This document shows positions 1 to 8,349 of a stretch of 48,839 nucleotides of DNA, piece after piece (position 1 is the stretch's first letter; each line of letters starts with the position of its first letter). The stretch spans positions 1 through 48,839 of the forward strand of contig JBDRHK010000040.1 in assembly GCA_043816965.1 (NCBI GenBank). The letters run 5' to 3'. Under the pieces are notes generated by a model. That model saw only the letters and a program-made list of their open reading frames with translations. It did not search any database and was not told where the DNA came from. The stretch is from Candidatus Iainarchaeum sp. (GTDB lineage Archaea > Iainarchaeota > Iainarchaeia > Iainarchaeales > JAFCCJ01). The position numbers and the translations under genes were made by a program.

Positions 1-8
1 GCGAAGCA

Positions 9-100
9 GGGACGGTCGTGTACCCGGAGCTCGCAAGTCCCCGAAGGGGACTAGGCCCATACCGCGTATGGGCCGTCCCGTAAACCCGGATAGGGGTTTA
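9..100. other. GC-rich multi-hairpin / cloverleaf-like element of unknown identity
   Basis: Helices seen: GGGACGG 9-15 with CCGTCCC 73-79; AGTCCCC-GAA-GGGGACT 36-52; GGCCCATAC-CGC-GTATGGGCC 54-74; TAAACCC..GGGTTTA 81-100. GC content is far above the flanking DNA. It may continue left of the window. Confidence 0.45.
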
Positions 101-101
101 A

Positions 102-227
102 TGGGCCCGGGCGGAATCGAACCGCCGACCTCCACCGAACCTAATGGAATTCCATTTGTAAGGGTTCCGCACCATAGTCCGAATAAAGACAAAATGATTT
201 AGCGTCATACCATTAGACCACGGGCCC
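102..227 (-). tRNA. tRNA-Val(TAC) with two introns (35 nt at 29/30, window 165-199; 19 nt at 37/38, window 138-156)
   Basis: Removing both inserts from the minus strand gives a 72-nt tRNA: GGGCCCG acceptor, GTC/GAC D-stem, CTACC-CTTACAC-GGTGG anticodon arm, GGCGG-TTCGATT-CCGCC T-arm, discriminator A, no encoded CCA. The 37/38 intron forms a full bulge-helix-bulge (CTTA/TAGG central helix, ATGG-AATT-CCAT hairpin). Confidence 0.92.
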
Positions 228-256
228 AGTATCAAATAAACCTTCTAAGCAAACCC

Positions 257-269
257 TTTATAATTTTGC
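257..269 (-). promoter_or_regulatory. BRE/TATA promoter of tRNA-Val
   Basis: Minus strand GCAAAATTATAAA lies about 30-40 nt upstream of the tRNA 5' end. Confidence 0.6.
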
Positions 270-277
270 TACTGGGG

Positions 278-559
278 CTAATTCCCGTGTTTCCTGTAAA
301 TGTCATCATGGTGCTGCAAGTCCTCGAACCTGAGTTTGCCTGTTTTTTTGTCGAATTTGAAAACCAAGACAAAATGCGAAAGAATGTGCGCCCTCTTAAA
401 TTCTTTCATATCGTAGGACAGGTTTTTGTAATGCTCTATGTCCTGGCTAGAGCATATTTCATCAATTTTCTTTAAGCTGGCCTCATACCTTAGTTTATCT
501 TTTTTAAGGAGTTTTTTCAAAATTCGTTTTAGCTTGAGGCTCAGTTCAAATTCACGCAT
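278..559 (-). CDS. RelE/YafQ-family mRNA interferase toxin
   Basis: Basic ~93-aa protein with RelE/StbE-like motifs (HYKNLSYDM..FKRAHI..HFVLVF...HHDDIY). The ATG at 559 overlaps the antitoxin stop codon. Confidence 0.85.
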   Translation of the reverse strand: MREFELSLKLKRILKKLLKKDKLRYEASLKKIDEICSSQDIEHYKNLSYDMKEFKRAHILSHFVLVFKFDKKTGKLRFEDLQHHDDIYRKHGN

Positions 560-794
560 CTTCAAGCGCCTTCCGCAGGCCCTTTACACCTGAAAATTTC
601 TCAAATTTGCCTTTATCAACTTTCAGCAACTCTTCTTTGTACTCGGGCCTTAATTCAGGCTCAAGAAAGGCTTCCTCAAATTTCTCAATGATTAAATTTG
701 CCGCCTGTGATTTATTTCCTAAACCATACTTTCCCTTTACAATAGTCAGCACCCTGTCCTGGCGCTCCTTAAAATCAATTACTGCCCTAACCAT
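552..794 (-). CDS. Antitoxin, DUF2683-like (archaeal RelB-type)
   Basis: 80 aa with IVKGKYGL.NKSQA and LEPELRPEY motifs. It has a GGTGA SD and lies directly upstream of the RelE-like toxin. Confidence 0.8.
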   Translation of the reverse strand: MVRAVIDFKERQDRVLTIVKGKYGLGNKSQAANLIIEKFEEAFLEPELRPEYKEELLKVDKGKFEKFSGVKGLRKALEDA

Positions 795-826
795 AACATC
801 ACCATTATAATTTGTAACAAAATGTA

Positions 827-844
827 ATAAAAAGATATGTTTTT
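827..844 (-). promoter_or_regulatory. 18-bp upstream element shared with the TA module at 21450-21973
   Basis: ATAAAAAGATATGTTTTT is identical at 827-844 and 22011-22028, in both cases 33-38 nt upstream of the antitoxin start codon. Confidence 0.6.
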
Positions 845-877
845 GCTGTTTAACTGGTTTTTTCCCCTAATTTTAGC

Positions 878-1285
878 ATGCGCAAAAGGATTTATGTTTT
901 CGGGAATTCGTTGGTCGAAAAGGATACAGTAGCACTTATGCTGGCTGAGGAATTTGGGAAAATTGGGAATTCGGGAGAATTGAAGGAATTTGAGTTTAAA
1001 GTGGTGGAATCATTGGATGAGGTTGATGAGAAGGATTTGAAGGAGCTGTGGATTATGGATGCTGTGAAAGGGATTGATGAAGTGAAAATTATTGAGGATT
1101 TGGGGGTTTTGGAAACAAATCCTGTCCTTTCGGGCCATGATTTTGATTTGGGGCTGGAGCTGAAATTGTGGAAAAAGCTCGGAAAACTGGGGAAGGTGAG
1201 AATAATTGGTTTGCCTTCTGAAGAAAATCCGGAAAAATTGGCGGAAATCGTGAAAAATATGCTTTATAAATATCAAAAGCCATAA
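878..1285 (+). CDS. Hydrogenase maturation protease (HycI/HybD-like)
   Basis: Motifs VFGN.L..D, IMDAV and SGHD match the metal-binding pattern of this family. A group 3b hydrogenase is encoded in the same window. Confidence 0.7.
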   Translation: MRKRIYVFGNSLVEKDTVALMLAEEFGKIGNSGELKEFEFKVVESLDEVDEKDLKELWIMDAVKGIDEVKIIEDLGVLETNPVLSGHDFDLGLELKLWKKLGKLGKVRIIGLPSEENPEKLAEIVKNMLYKYQKP

Positions 1286-1344
1286 TGTTAGCGGAAGTAT
1301 TGCTGAGGGGGATAGTTCCGCAAAATTCGTTATAGGTGGGGGCA

Positions 1345-1758
1345 ATGGAATATAACGGAGTATCTAGTAGGAAGAACAATAGGGCGGATATCCGGGAAAA
1401 TGGAATGGATAATGGGAAGGCCCAGTCGCCCGAAGAAAATGTAGTGGATTTTTTCAACAAGCGGGCGCAGGAGATTGCAGAGGAGGAGAAGATTGCGCTG
1501 GATGCCGCAATGGAAATCCTCACCAATAACTTCTCAAAGGAAAGGATTATTGAAATCCTTGAGGTTGAAAAGGCCGCGAAGAGAAGGAATTACAACATCC
1601 CCCAGTGCTGTGATTGCGGCGGCGTTTACAATGGAAGGGAATTCGTGCCCCTGAGCGATGAGGAGAAGAAATACCTCAAAAGCAGGAACCTGTTTTTTTC
1701 CCCGGCATATTGCAGGCCATGCGTCAGGAAAATCCGGGAAAATATCAGGAAACGATGA
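1345..1758 (+). CDS. Hypothetical protein with C-terminal CxxC...CxxC putative zinc finger
   Basis: AGGTGG SD before ATG 1345. Contains CCDCG and YCRPC pairs. Confidence 0.6.
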   Translation: MEYNGVSSRKNNRADIRENGMDNGKAQSPEENVVDFFNKRAQEIAEEEKIALDAAMEILTNNFSKERIIEILEVEKAAKRRNYNIPQCCDCGGVYNGREFVPLSDEEKKYLKSRNLFFSPAYCRPCVRKIRENIRKR

Positions 1759-1765
1759 ATTTTGG

Positions 1766-1811
1766 TTTTCGAACTGTTTTAAATAGTTTTAAATGGGTAA
1801 TTATTTTATGC
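1766..1811 (+). promoter_or_regulatory. Leaderless BRE/TATA promoter, near-duplicate of 2268-2313
   Basis: CGAACTGTTTTAAATAGTTTTAAATGGGTAATT..TTATGC. The TATA box is about 30 nt before ATG 1808. Confidence 0.6.
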
Positions 1812-2230
1812 ATCATCTGCCTCCCAAACCCCCTAGAAGAAATGGGAATAAACATACTATGCCTCATAAAGCAACTGAACCAGGAAGGGGCAGGCCTGGT
1901 AAAGTGACTGTGGAAATGCTAGAATCTCACAAGAAACGCCATGCTGAGATGGTTGTGAAAAAGAATACAATTGATGACTGTCTTGACAGAGCGAAAAAAG
2001 AATTGGAGGCAGGAAATTTGGGGGCATCTATAACTGATATTAAATTAGCAAAAGCAGGATTGGTGGAATTGAAAAACAACCTTTACATGCATGGTTTAAC
2101 AGAACACCATGGAAAACTAATTGATAGCATTCTAACTCTTCTTGAAGAACCAGACACGGAAAAGGTGGTTAACGCCCTTGCCCTAACCTGCGGATTGACC
2201 GATCCTAACCTGAATTTGCAAAAACCTTAA
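1808..2230 (+). CDS. Hypothetical protein (Pro/Arg/Lys-rich N-terminus, helical)
   Basis: Open frame; start chosen from TATA spacing. No family recognised. Confidence 0.6.
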   Translation: MHHLPPKPPRRNGNKHTMPHKATEPGRGRPGKVTVEMLESHKKRHAEMVVKKNTIDDCLDRAKKELEAGNLGASITDIKLAKAGLVELKNNLYMHGLTEHHGKLIDSILTLLEEPDTEKVVNALALTCGLTDPNLNLQKP

Positions 2231-2267
2231 TGCGGATAAAAATCGTTCTAAATCTCTGCTTCTAACC

Positions 2268-2313
2268 ATTTCCGAACTATTTTAAATGGTTTTAATGGGT
2301 AATTTCATTATGC
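2268..2313 (+). promoter_or_regulatory. Leaderless BRE/TATA promoter, near-duplicate of 1766-1811
   Basis: CGAACTATTTTAAATGGTTTTAATGGGTAATT..TTATGC. The TATA box is about 30 nt before ATG 2310. Confidence 0.6.
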
Positions 2314-2849
2314 CTACGCCAAAAAGACCAATAAATCTTTTTTCTGCCAAAGGGCAGATATCTTTCATGAATAAACTATTTGAAGCTAAGAGAGTGAAAA
2401 GAAGACAGAATAGAACTGAAGGTGATATCAGTTATGAAAAAATCTGGATGCGTAAGGAGTTGAGAAAACATCTCAGGAAAGCTTCACTAAAAGCATTATA
2501 TGGGCATATTAAAGTTTTCGAAGATCTGGAAATGTTACATGGAATTGTGAAAGAGGGCAAAGCAGACGAATATGTAAAGAAGTTGGCTGAAAGAAGGAAA
2601 TTGAAGTTTACAGACGCCAAGCTATTGGCAATCGACCAGTTTTCAAAGGCTGTAGAAAGGTACCAAAAACTCATTGATGCCAATATGGCCCTAAATTTTA
2701 AGAGGATGCCAAAACCGAAAAATAAGCGTCAGAGAACCTGGGAGACAATGGTGGCAAATGCCAAGGATGGTTTTGCGCATGAGCTTATTGGAGGAGCTTA
2801 TATCCAGTTGTTTGTTGGCGAATTAAAAAAACTGAAGTATAATGATTAA
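2310..2849 (+). CDS. Hypothetical basic protein (MPTPKRP N-terminus)
   Basis: Open frame, very Lys/Arg-rich; start chosen from TATA spacing. Confidence 0.6.
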   Translation: MPTPKRPINLFSAKGQISFMNKLFEAKRVKRRQNRTEGDISYEKIWMRKELRKHLRKASLKALYGHIKVFEDLEMLHGIVKEGKADEYVKKLAERRKLKFTDAKLLAIDQFSKAVERYQKLIDANMALNFKRMPKPKNKRQRTWETMVANAKDGFAHELIGGAYIQLFVGELKKLKYND

Positions 2850-2866
2850 TAATGATTAGTGATACC

Positions 2867-4060
2867 ATGCATTCCTCAAAGAAAATAACCGGTTCTAAAG
2901 GGAATTCCCTTGCAGGGAAATTCATAGTTCTCGCACTTACTGGAAGTGTTGCTGTTGTGAAGTCATTTGATTTGTGCAGGGAGCTTATGCGGAAAGGTGC
3001 AAGGGTTAAGGTTGTGATGAGTGATGCTGCAACTAAACTGATTTCGAAAGAGATGATGCATTATGCCTCCGGGGAGGAAGTGATTACTGAATTGAGCGGT
3101 GCGATAGAGCATGTGCAGTATTTCGGGATTGGGGGAGAGGCGGATTTGCTTTTGGTTGCCCCTGCAACCGCAAATACAATTTCTAAAATCGCATTGGGAA
3201 TTGATGACACTCCTGTAACCACATTTGCGACAACCGTAATCGGGAGCAGGAAACCTGTTCTTGTGGTGCCGGCGATGCATTTTTCCATGCATGAACATCC
3301 CATAGTAAAAGAGAATATGTACAAGCTGGAAGCGGCAGGGGTAAAGGTTATTGAACCGCGAATTGAGGAAGGGAAGGCAAAGATTGCGGAAATTGATGGG
3401 ATTGTGATGGAAGTTGAAAGGGAACTTGGCGGGGGGAAGCTGCGCGGAAAGAAAATTTTGATTACTGCTGGTGCTATGCAGGAGGAAATTGACCCGATTC
3501 GAGTGCTTACCAATAAGGCCTCAGGGAGGACAGGGGCAGAATTGGCGAAAGAGGCATATAGATTGGGCGCGGAAAAGGTCTGTCTTCTACATAATGGTGA
3601 GTTTGTTTCAGGGGTTGAAAATGTGAAAGTGGAAACAAATGAGGAGATGGAAAGGGCGGTTTTTGCGGAACTGGAAAAGGGCTACAATATCTTCATCTCC
3701 ACCGCCGCGATGAGCGATTTTAAAGTGGAGAAAGAGGGGCGAAAAATCAAATCAGGGAGAGAGATAAATCTGAAATTGGTTCCGCGGGAAAAATTGCTGG
3801 AAAAGGTTAGGGAAAAGTTTCCGGAATTATTTATTGTGGGCTTCAAGGCTGAAACTTTTGTTGAGGATGGGGATTTGGAAAAGGGCTGCAGGGAATTCCT
3901 GCGCGAGAGGAAACTGGATTTGGTTGTCGGGAATGATGTGGGAAGGAATGAGATGGGCGGAACTGATAATGAAGTTCTAATTGTTTCAGAGGACGGGGCT
4001 GAAAAAATTTCCGGGAAAAAGGAATTGGTTGCGAAGGGGATTTTCCAGCTGATTGGATAA
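2867..4060 (+). CDS. coaBC: Bifunctional phosphopantothenoylcysteine decarboxylase / phosphopantothenate-cysteine ligase
   Basis: Flavoprotein domain motifs TGSVA, APATANTISK, PAMH. Ligase domain motifs ITAG..EEIDPIRVLTN.ASG.TG, AAMSDF, VGFKAET, VGND. Alternative start at 2852. Confidence 0.95.
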   Translation: MHSSKKITGSKGNSLAGKFIVLALTGSVAVVKSFDLCRELMRKGARVKVVMSDAATKLISKEMMHYASGEEVITELSGAIEHVQYFGIGGEADLLLVAPATANTISKIALGIDDTPVTTFATTVIGSRKPVLVVPAMHFSMHEHPIVKENMYKLEAAGVKVIEPRIEEGKAKIAEIDGIVMEVERELGGGKLRGKKILITAGAMQEEIDPIRVLTNKASGRTGAELAKEAYRLGAEKVCLLHNGEFVSGVENVKVETNEEMERAVFAELEKGYNIFISTAAMSDFKVEKEGRKIKSGREINLKLVPREKLLEKVREKFPELFIVGFKAETFVEDGDLEKGCREFLRERKLDLVVGNDVGRNEMGGTDNEVLIVSEDGAEKISGKKELVAKGIFQLIG

Positions 4061-4090
4061 ATTGAGATCAGGAATCTGGCATCGCAGGAG

Positions 4091-4456
4091 TCATTTAACA
4101 AACTCAACATTTGCCATGTTTTTGAATTCCTTGTCGCCGGTCAGGAATTTGGCACCGTACCTTTTCGCAACAATATATCCGATAACATCAGGGATTGAAA
4201 GTTTCCTGTTGTGCGATTTGAGGTCAGTAGCTTCAAATAAATCCTGAATGCTGACATCAACCAAGAACATTTCGTATTGGGAAGTAATCCTGTCCGCCGT
4301 TTTTTTATCATGCTCCTTCTTGAGTGCATAGTTAAGTTCAGCCAGGTTAAAAATAGTAGTTATTACATTGGCAGTTTCATATTTGCGGTATGCGGCATTC
4401 CCCCTTATAATTTCAAAAAAGGCATAGGTATCAAAGAAAAAAAGTGCCTCACTCAT
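4091..4456 (-). CDS. vapC: VapC PIN-domain toxin
   Basis: PIN acidic motifs FFDT, NLAE, LSIPD, LTGD..F. The start overlaps the antitoxin stop. Confidence 0.9.
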   Translation of the reverse strand: MSEALFFFDTYAFFEIIRGNAAYRKYETANVITTIFNLAELNYALKKEHDKKTADRITSQYEMFLVDVSIQDLFEATDLKSHNRKLSIPDVIGYIVAKRYGAKFLTGDKEFKNMANVEFVK

Positions 4457-4670
4457 CCCATGCCTCTTTGTCCACTTCTTTAAGAATTTCATCGGTTGTG
4501 CGCTTGAACTTCAATTTGCCGAAAGTTTGCTTCAGCGGATTGCCTGTTTTAAGGATGAGCAATCTCACCCTATCGCCTGGTTTCAGATGCGCCTCCGACG
4601 CCTTTTTTTTAGGGATAACCACCCCTACTGAACGCCCCCATTGCCTTACCTGAGCAGAAACCTCGACCAT
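4449..4670 (-). CDS. vapB: AbrB/MazE-fold VapB antitoxin
   Basis: VRQWGRSVGVVIPK..LKPGD swapped-hairpin motif, GGTGA SD, upstream of the PIN toxin. Confidence 0.88.
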   Translation of the reverse strand: MVEVSAQVRQWGRSVGVVIPKKKASEAHLKPGDRVRLLILKTGNPLKQTFGKLKFKRTTDEILKEVDKEAWDE

Positions 4671-4766
4671 TTAATCACCATTAATTATATTGGTATAATC
4701 AATATATAAACTTATCTGATTTTTCGAAATAGGTTTTTAAGCTTTTTATATTTCCATTAGCTCCTG

Positions 4767-5390
4767 GTGGAATTTTTGGTTGAAAAGCTGCTTCAGGGGA
4801 ACAGGGAATTTCAGGGAAAATTCTGCAGGGAGAATGCGGAACTGATGGGCAAATTGGCCAGGGGGCAAAGCCCTAAAACCCTTTTCATTGGCTGCTCGGA
4901 TTCCAGGGTTGTGCCTGAGCTCATTACCAGTTGCCTGCCAGGGGATATTTTTGTCACGAGGAATATTGCCAATATTGTGGGAAAAGGAAGCAATTGTGTT
5001 GATGCCATTGTTGAGTATGCGGTAAACCACCTGAAAGTTGGGAATATTATTGTCTGCGGGCACTATGGCTGCGGGGGAATGGCGGGGCTGTGCAAATTGG
5101 GCCATTTGGAGAAGAACCTGCAGGACTGGCTCAGGCCTTCGCTTGAGGCAAAGGAAAAACTGGATTCTGCTATTAAGGAAAAGGGAATTGAACTGAATGG
5201 GGATGATTATGCAAAAGCCCTTGTGGAGGCGAATATTTTATTGCAGCTGAGGAATTTAAGGGAGAGCGAAATTCTGGCCGGGAAAAATGTTAATCTGGTT
5301 GGATTGGTTTATGATATTGAATCTGGGCGGCTTTTTGAGGGGATGGAGAAGCTTAAGGAATTGGGGGTTGATGGGGAAATTTTCAGCTGA
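4767..5390 (+). CDS. Beta-class carbonic anhydrase
   Basis: GQSP, CSDSR, RNIAN and GHYGCG zinc-ligand motifs. GTG start; TATA-like sequence about 30 nt upstream. Confidence 0.95.
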   Translation: MEFLVEKLLQGNREFQGKFCRENAELMGKLARGQSPKTLFIGCSDSRVVPELITSCLPGDIFVTRNIANIVGKGSNCVDAIVEYAVNHLKVGNIIVCGHYGCGGMAGLCKLGHLEKNLQDWLRPSLEAKEKLDSAIKEKGIELNGDDYAKALVEANILLQLRNLRESEILAGKNVNLVGLVYDIESGRLFEGMEKLKELGVDGEIFS

Positions 5391-8132
5391 TTAAGTGAAC
5401 TGCAGGATTCCTGCAGAATCGCTTGTTTGGGTTAATGTATTGCTCTCTACAGTTGTTGTGTTCTCAATCAGAATATTATAGGGAGTATCGGCCTGCAAAT
5501 TAGTTACAACATTCTGCAAAGCAATATCGGAATCATATTGGTACTGCAATGGGCTGCAGCTTATTAATGTGCCTGGCTCAACTGTGCAGGCGGATGCATT
5601 AACCTGAACATTGCTCTGAATTTCCGCAACAATAAGGCCATTCAACTGAAGCGTTCCTGATGAGGAAATATCCAACTGCCCGTCCTCAACCGTAATATTG
5701 AAGGAATATCTTGCAGGAGCCGACCTTGGGTTTGACGCCACGCCGGCAAGGACTGTTTGCCCTTCAGCAGTTATATCAACCAGCGAACTGTCATTTCCAT
5801 ATTCTGAATCATAGGTCCAGTATGTTATGTTGTAATCGCCGTTTGGGAGGAGAATTGAGAATACTGGAGGTTCAGCATAATAGTTGTGAAAGTGGAAATC
5901 CCTTGTTAGGTTGTCTCCCCTCCTTTCCCTGGGCTGGGCAAAAGGTCCTGCCCATCCATAGCCCTCAACAGCAAGGCTTGGGAGCGGGGAATTTCCCACC
6001 TGTACCCATCCCACTTCCACAGGGCTTGTGTTGGTTCCAAAATCCAGTTTCAGGATTTCGTTGCTGGAGGATTGACATTCTGGTTCAGGCAGACAATCTG
6101 AATCATTGCAATCAACTGTCGTATCGCAGTCCTCATCTGTCCCGTTATTGCAGATTTCAGTTGTTGGAACGCATGCAGTACAGCTGCCATCTGTTTCGCA
6201 AATGTCTGGTAAATTTGGACAATCACATTGGGTGCAATCGTTAATTAATTCCCCGCCTGAACAAAACAAAGGCTGGGTGAGGGAGCATTCATCATAGTTG
6301 GTTCCGTCTGTGCAGGTTGGAATTATGCAGGCTGGATTCGCTGAACAATCTTCTGTATCGCTACAGCTGCTAAGTCCGTCACAGTCCTCATCCTCATTTT
6401 CCACATCATCGCAGATTTCATTTTCCGGATCGTTGATTCTAATACACTCTCCCCAAACTCCCCCCGAACATGTTTCAGTTCCCGCAGCGCAGATTCCTGG
6501 TTCTCCTGTATTGCAGCTGCGCGTCCCATCTTCGCAGGGCGGGGCTTCGCCGAAAGAAACAAGATAACCGTTTGGGTTTGGGGTGCCTGACTCATCCACT
6601 ACGAACAGGTAAACGGTTTGTCCGTCGGAGAATGTCCCCTGGTTGGCGGTGAAGGCTATGGCCCCAGTTGACCATGTTTGCGGAATCTGGACTTCCCTTT
6701 TGGAACAGCCATCATATACCGGCTCATCCCCTATTTCAATCCTTGCCCAGGAATTGTCTAAGTAAAAATCATCGAAATAATTTACCGATTCACAGTCAGT
6801 GGGATGGTCAAGGTTTGTGCACCACTCCCCGATATCTAAATAATCCCACTTACTGGTCGTCTCGGTTGTTATTGTTGATGGAAGGTCCACATATTTGAAA
6901 ATTGGGCCTCCTGCCGCTCCTGCCCTACTAAGCCATACCATTATGGAGCCATCGGCAGTGTTCGGGGATGACTGCCTTGCCTGGAACTTTGTCTGGTACC
7001 ATTGGTTCTCGCCGATCTTGTCCTCCCAGAGTTCGCTATAGCCCACAGATTCATCAGGATTTACCCCGTTCAGTTCGGATTGCTTCGTGCAGTAAAAGGT
7101 CGGGTCAGATGGGCCCCAGCCCCCGCATTTGAAAACAATCCACCAATTGGCCTCATGTATCACCCTCCAGTTTTTCACCTGGTGCCTGAAAGCGTTGGTT
7201 CCAAAGTCATAAGAGCTCCAGAAAGACATGAACATCTTGTCCAAGTTTTCAGGGGGTGCAAATACTAGGTGTGAGGATCTACCGCAACTTGTGGGGCATG
7301 TTAAAGGGCATCCGTCATCATCATATCCGCATCCCGTTAAATCATGCTTTGAAACAAAATTTCCCAAACTTCCAGGAAAGTTATTTTCCGCCGAATATAT
7401 TGCGTCCTGGTTGCCGAAGGCATAGCCATCCCAGACTGTATGGCCTACCTTTGGCAGATTTCCTTTTATTATCTGCCCTTCAACCCCTCCTTCGAAATCA
7501 TCATAAAGGAGCGGAGGGGCCGGATTTTTCACTCCAAAATTTGAGCCGGAAATGAAGAAAGTTCCCCCGTGAGAAAGAGAACTGGAGGATGAAATTGATG
7601 GGTGGGAATTTATTTCGGTTATTTCTATGCCACTCAACACCCACCCATCAGCGCCGTCGGAATGCGGGCCCTGATCAGCCATTATGTCGAGGTAGCCGTC
7701 CTCCACAGGAATGCGGAATTCTGTGGCATAATCTCCAGAATTCCCCCAGATTGTCGGAGATGGGATATTATATTTGCCTTCAAAAATCAATTCAATGCCC
7801 AGATGCTTTACCCTTGCTGTCGACATGTTCACTTTCACATCATAATATCCTGCCGGTAACTTTACCCTGAAAGTTCTTGGGCTTGTGCCTGAGTGGTAAT
7901 CTTTGAACATAAGGTCATCAAAGTTATTTGATTTTGAATATCCGTTTATTCCTGAATCATCCAGCCAGCCATAGCCCGTGGTTTCATTGTATTCATCCAA
8001 ACCAACACTTGTCCATCCTGGTTCTGTTTCTCTGTTTGAGGGATTGTCGAAATCCAATTTTAGGGAGTATTGGGCAGAAACAGAAATGGATAGCAGAATA
8101 AGGAAAATTCCTGCGAAAATAATGGTTTTCAT
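5391..8132 (-). CDS. Secreted multidomain surface protein (two galactose-binding-like modules, central IPT/ConA-like region, Cys/Asp-rich MopE-like repeats, conserved C-terminal motif)
   Basis: Signal peptide MKTIIFAGIFLILLSISVSA. Two LKLDF...GW...GYGW modules. Repeats such as EICDD..DEDCDG. Ends with TSDSAGILQFT and has no C-terminal TM helix. Confidence 0.8.
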   Translation of the reverse strand: MKTIIFAGIFLILLSISVSAQYSLKLDFDNPSNRETEPGWTSVGLDEYNETTGYGWLDDSGINGYSKSNNFDDLMFKDYHSGTSPRTFRVKLPAGYYDVKVNMSTARVKHLGIELIFEGKYNIPSPTIWGNSGDYATEFRIPVEDGYLDIMADQGPHSDGADGWVLSGIEITEINSHPSISSSSSLSHGGTFFISGSNFGVKNPAPPLLYDDFEGGVEGQIIKGNLPKVGHTVWDGYAFGNQDAIYSAENNFPGSLGNFVSKHDLTGCGYDDDGCPLTCPTSCGRSSHLVFAPPENLDKMFMSFWSSYDFGTNAFRHQVKNWRVIHEANWWIVFKCGGWGPSDPTFYCTKQSELNGVNPDESVGYSELWEDKIGENQWYQTKFQARQSSPNTADGSIMVWLSRAGAAGGPIFKYVDLPSTITTETTSKWDYLDIGEWCTNLDHPTDCESVNYFDDFYLDNSWARIEIGDEPVYDGCSKREVQIPQTWSTGAIAFTANQGTFSDGQTVYLFVVDESGTPNPNGYLVSFGEAPPCEDGTRSCNTGEPGICAAGTETCSGGVWGECIRINDPENEICDDVENEDEDCDGLSSCSDTEDCSANPACIIPTCTDGTNYDECSLTQPLFCSGGELINDCTQCDCPNLPDICETDGSCTACVPTTEICNNGTDEDCDTTVDCNDSDCLPEPECQSSSNEILKLDFGTNTSPVEVGWVQVGNSPLPSLAVEGYGWAGPFAQPRERRGDNLTRDFHFHNYYAEPPVFSILLPNGDYNITYWTYDSEYGNDSSLVDITAEGQTVLAGVASNPRSAPARYSFNITVEDGQLDISSSGTLQLNGLIVAEIQSNVQVNASACTVEPGTLISCSPLQYQYDSDIALQNVVTNLQADTPYNILIENTTTVESNTLTQTSDSAGILQFT

Positions 8133-8154
8133 CGCTAAATAATAGGCATTAGTA

Positions 8155-8180
8155 GTATTTATTCCTTATGAACTGAACTG
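8155..8180. repeat. 26-bp direct repeat, copy 1 (partner 8823-8848)
   Basis: GTATTTATTCCTTA(T/C)GAACTGAACTG, with one mismatch between the copies. Confidence 0.85.
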
Positions 8181-8213
8181 CAGTGCGCCGGAACTGTTGC
8201 TTGTTAGTGCTAA
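8166..8213 (-). pseudogene. Orphan 3'-end relic of a surface-protein paralog (..LTSNSSGALQFSS*)
   Basis: Translates like the C-terminus of the 913-aa protein. An in-frame TAG lies a few codons upstream, so there is no intact gene. Confidence 0.6.
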
Positions 8214-8226
8214 CCAAAAGGCAGGA

Positions 8227-8349
8227 TTACAATTTTCCAATGGCCGCTAAAAGCTTTTTGTGTCCTTTCACAAGCTTGTTAAATTCTTCCAGCTCTTCGG
8301 AAACAATTTTGTACCTTATACTATCTTCTGAATTCTTTGATTTTGCCAT
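8227..8349 (-). CDS. 40-aa small protein, candidate antitoxin of the Doc toxin (absent from the ORF track)
   Basis: MAKSKNSEDSIRYKIVSEELEEFNKLVKGHKKLLAAIGKL*. The ATG overlaps the end of the Doc gene and has GGGGTGG upstream. Confidence 0.65.
   Translation of the reverse strand: MAKSKNSEDSIRYKIVSEELEEFNKLVKGHKKLLAAIGKL

Noticed and set aside
1..100. 5S rRNA, RNase P RNA, SRP RNA or a true tRNA-Phe(GAA)
   Set aside because: No CCGAAC 5S loop, no GAGGAAAGUCC P4 strand, no SRP helix-8 motif, and no U33 or TTCRA T-loop.
102..4670. Integrated element at tRNA-Val
   Set aside because: These genes lie on the 5' side of the tRNA, and no integrase or duplicated tRNA end was seen in the window.
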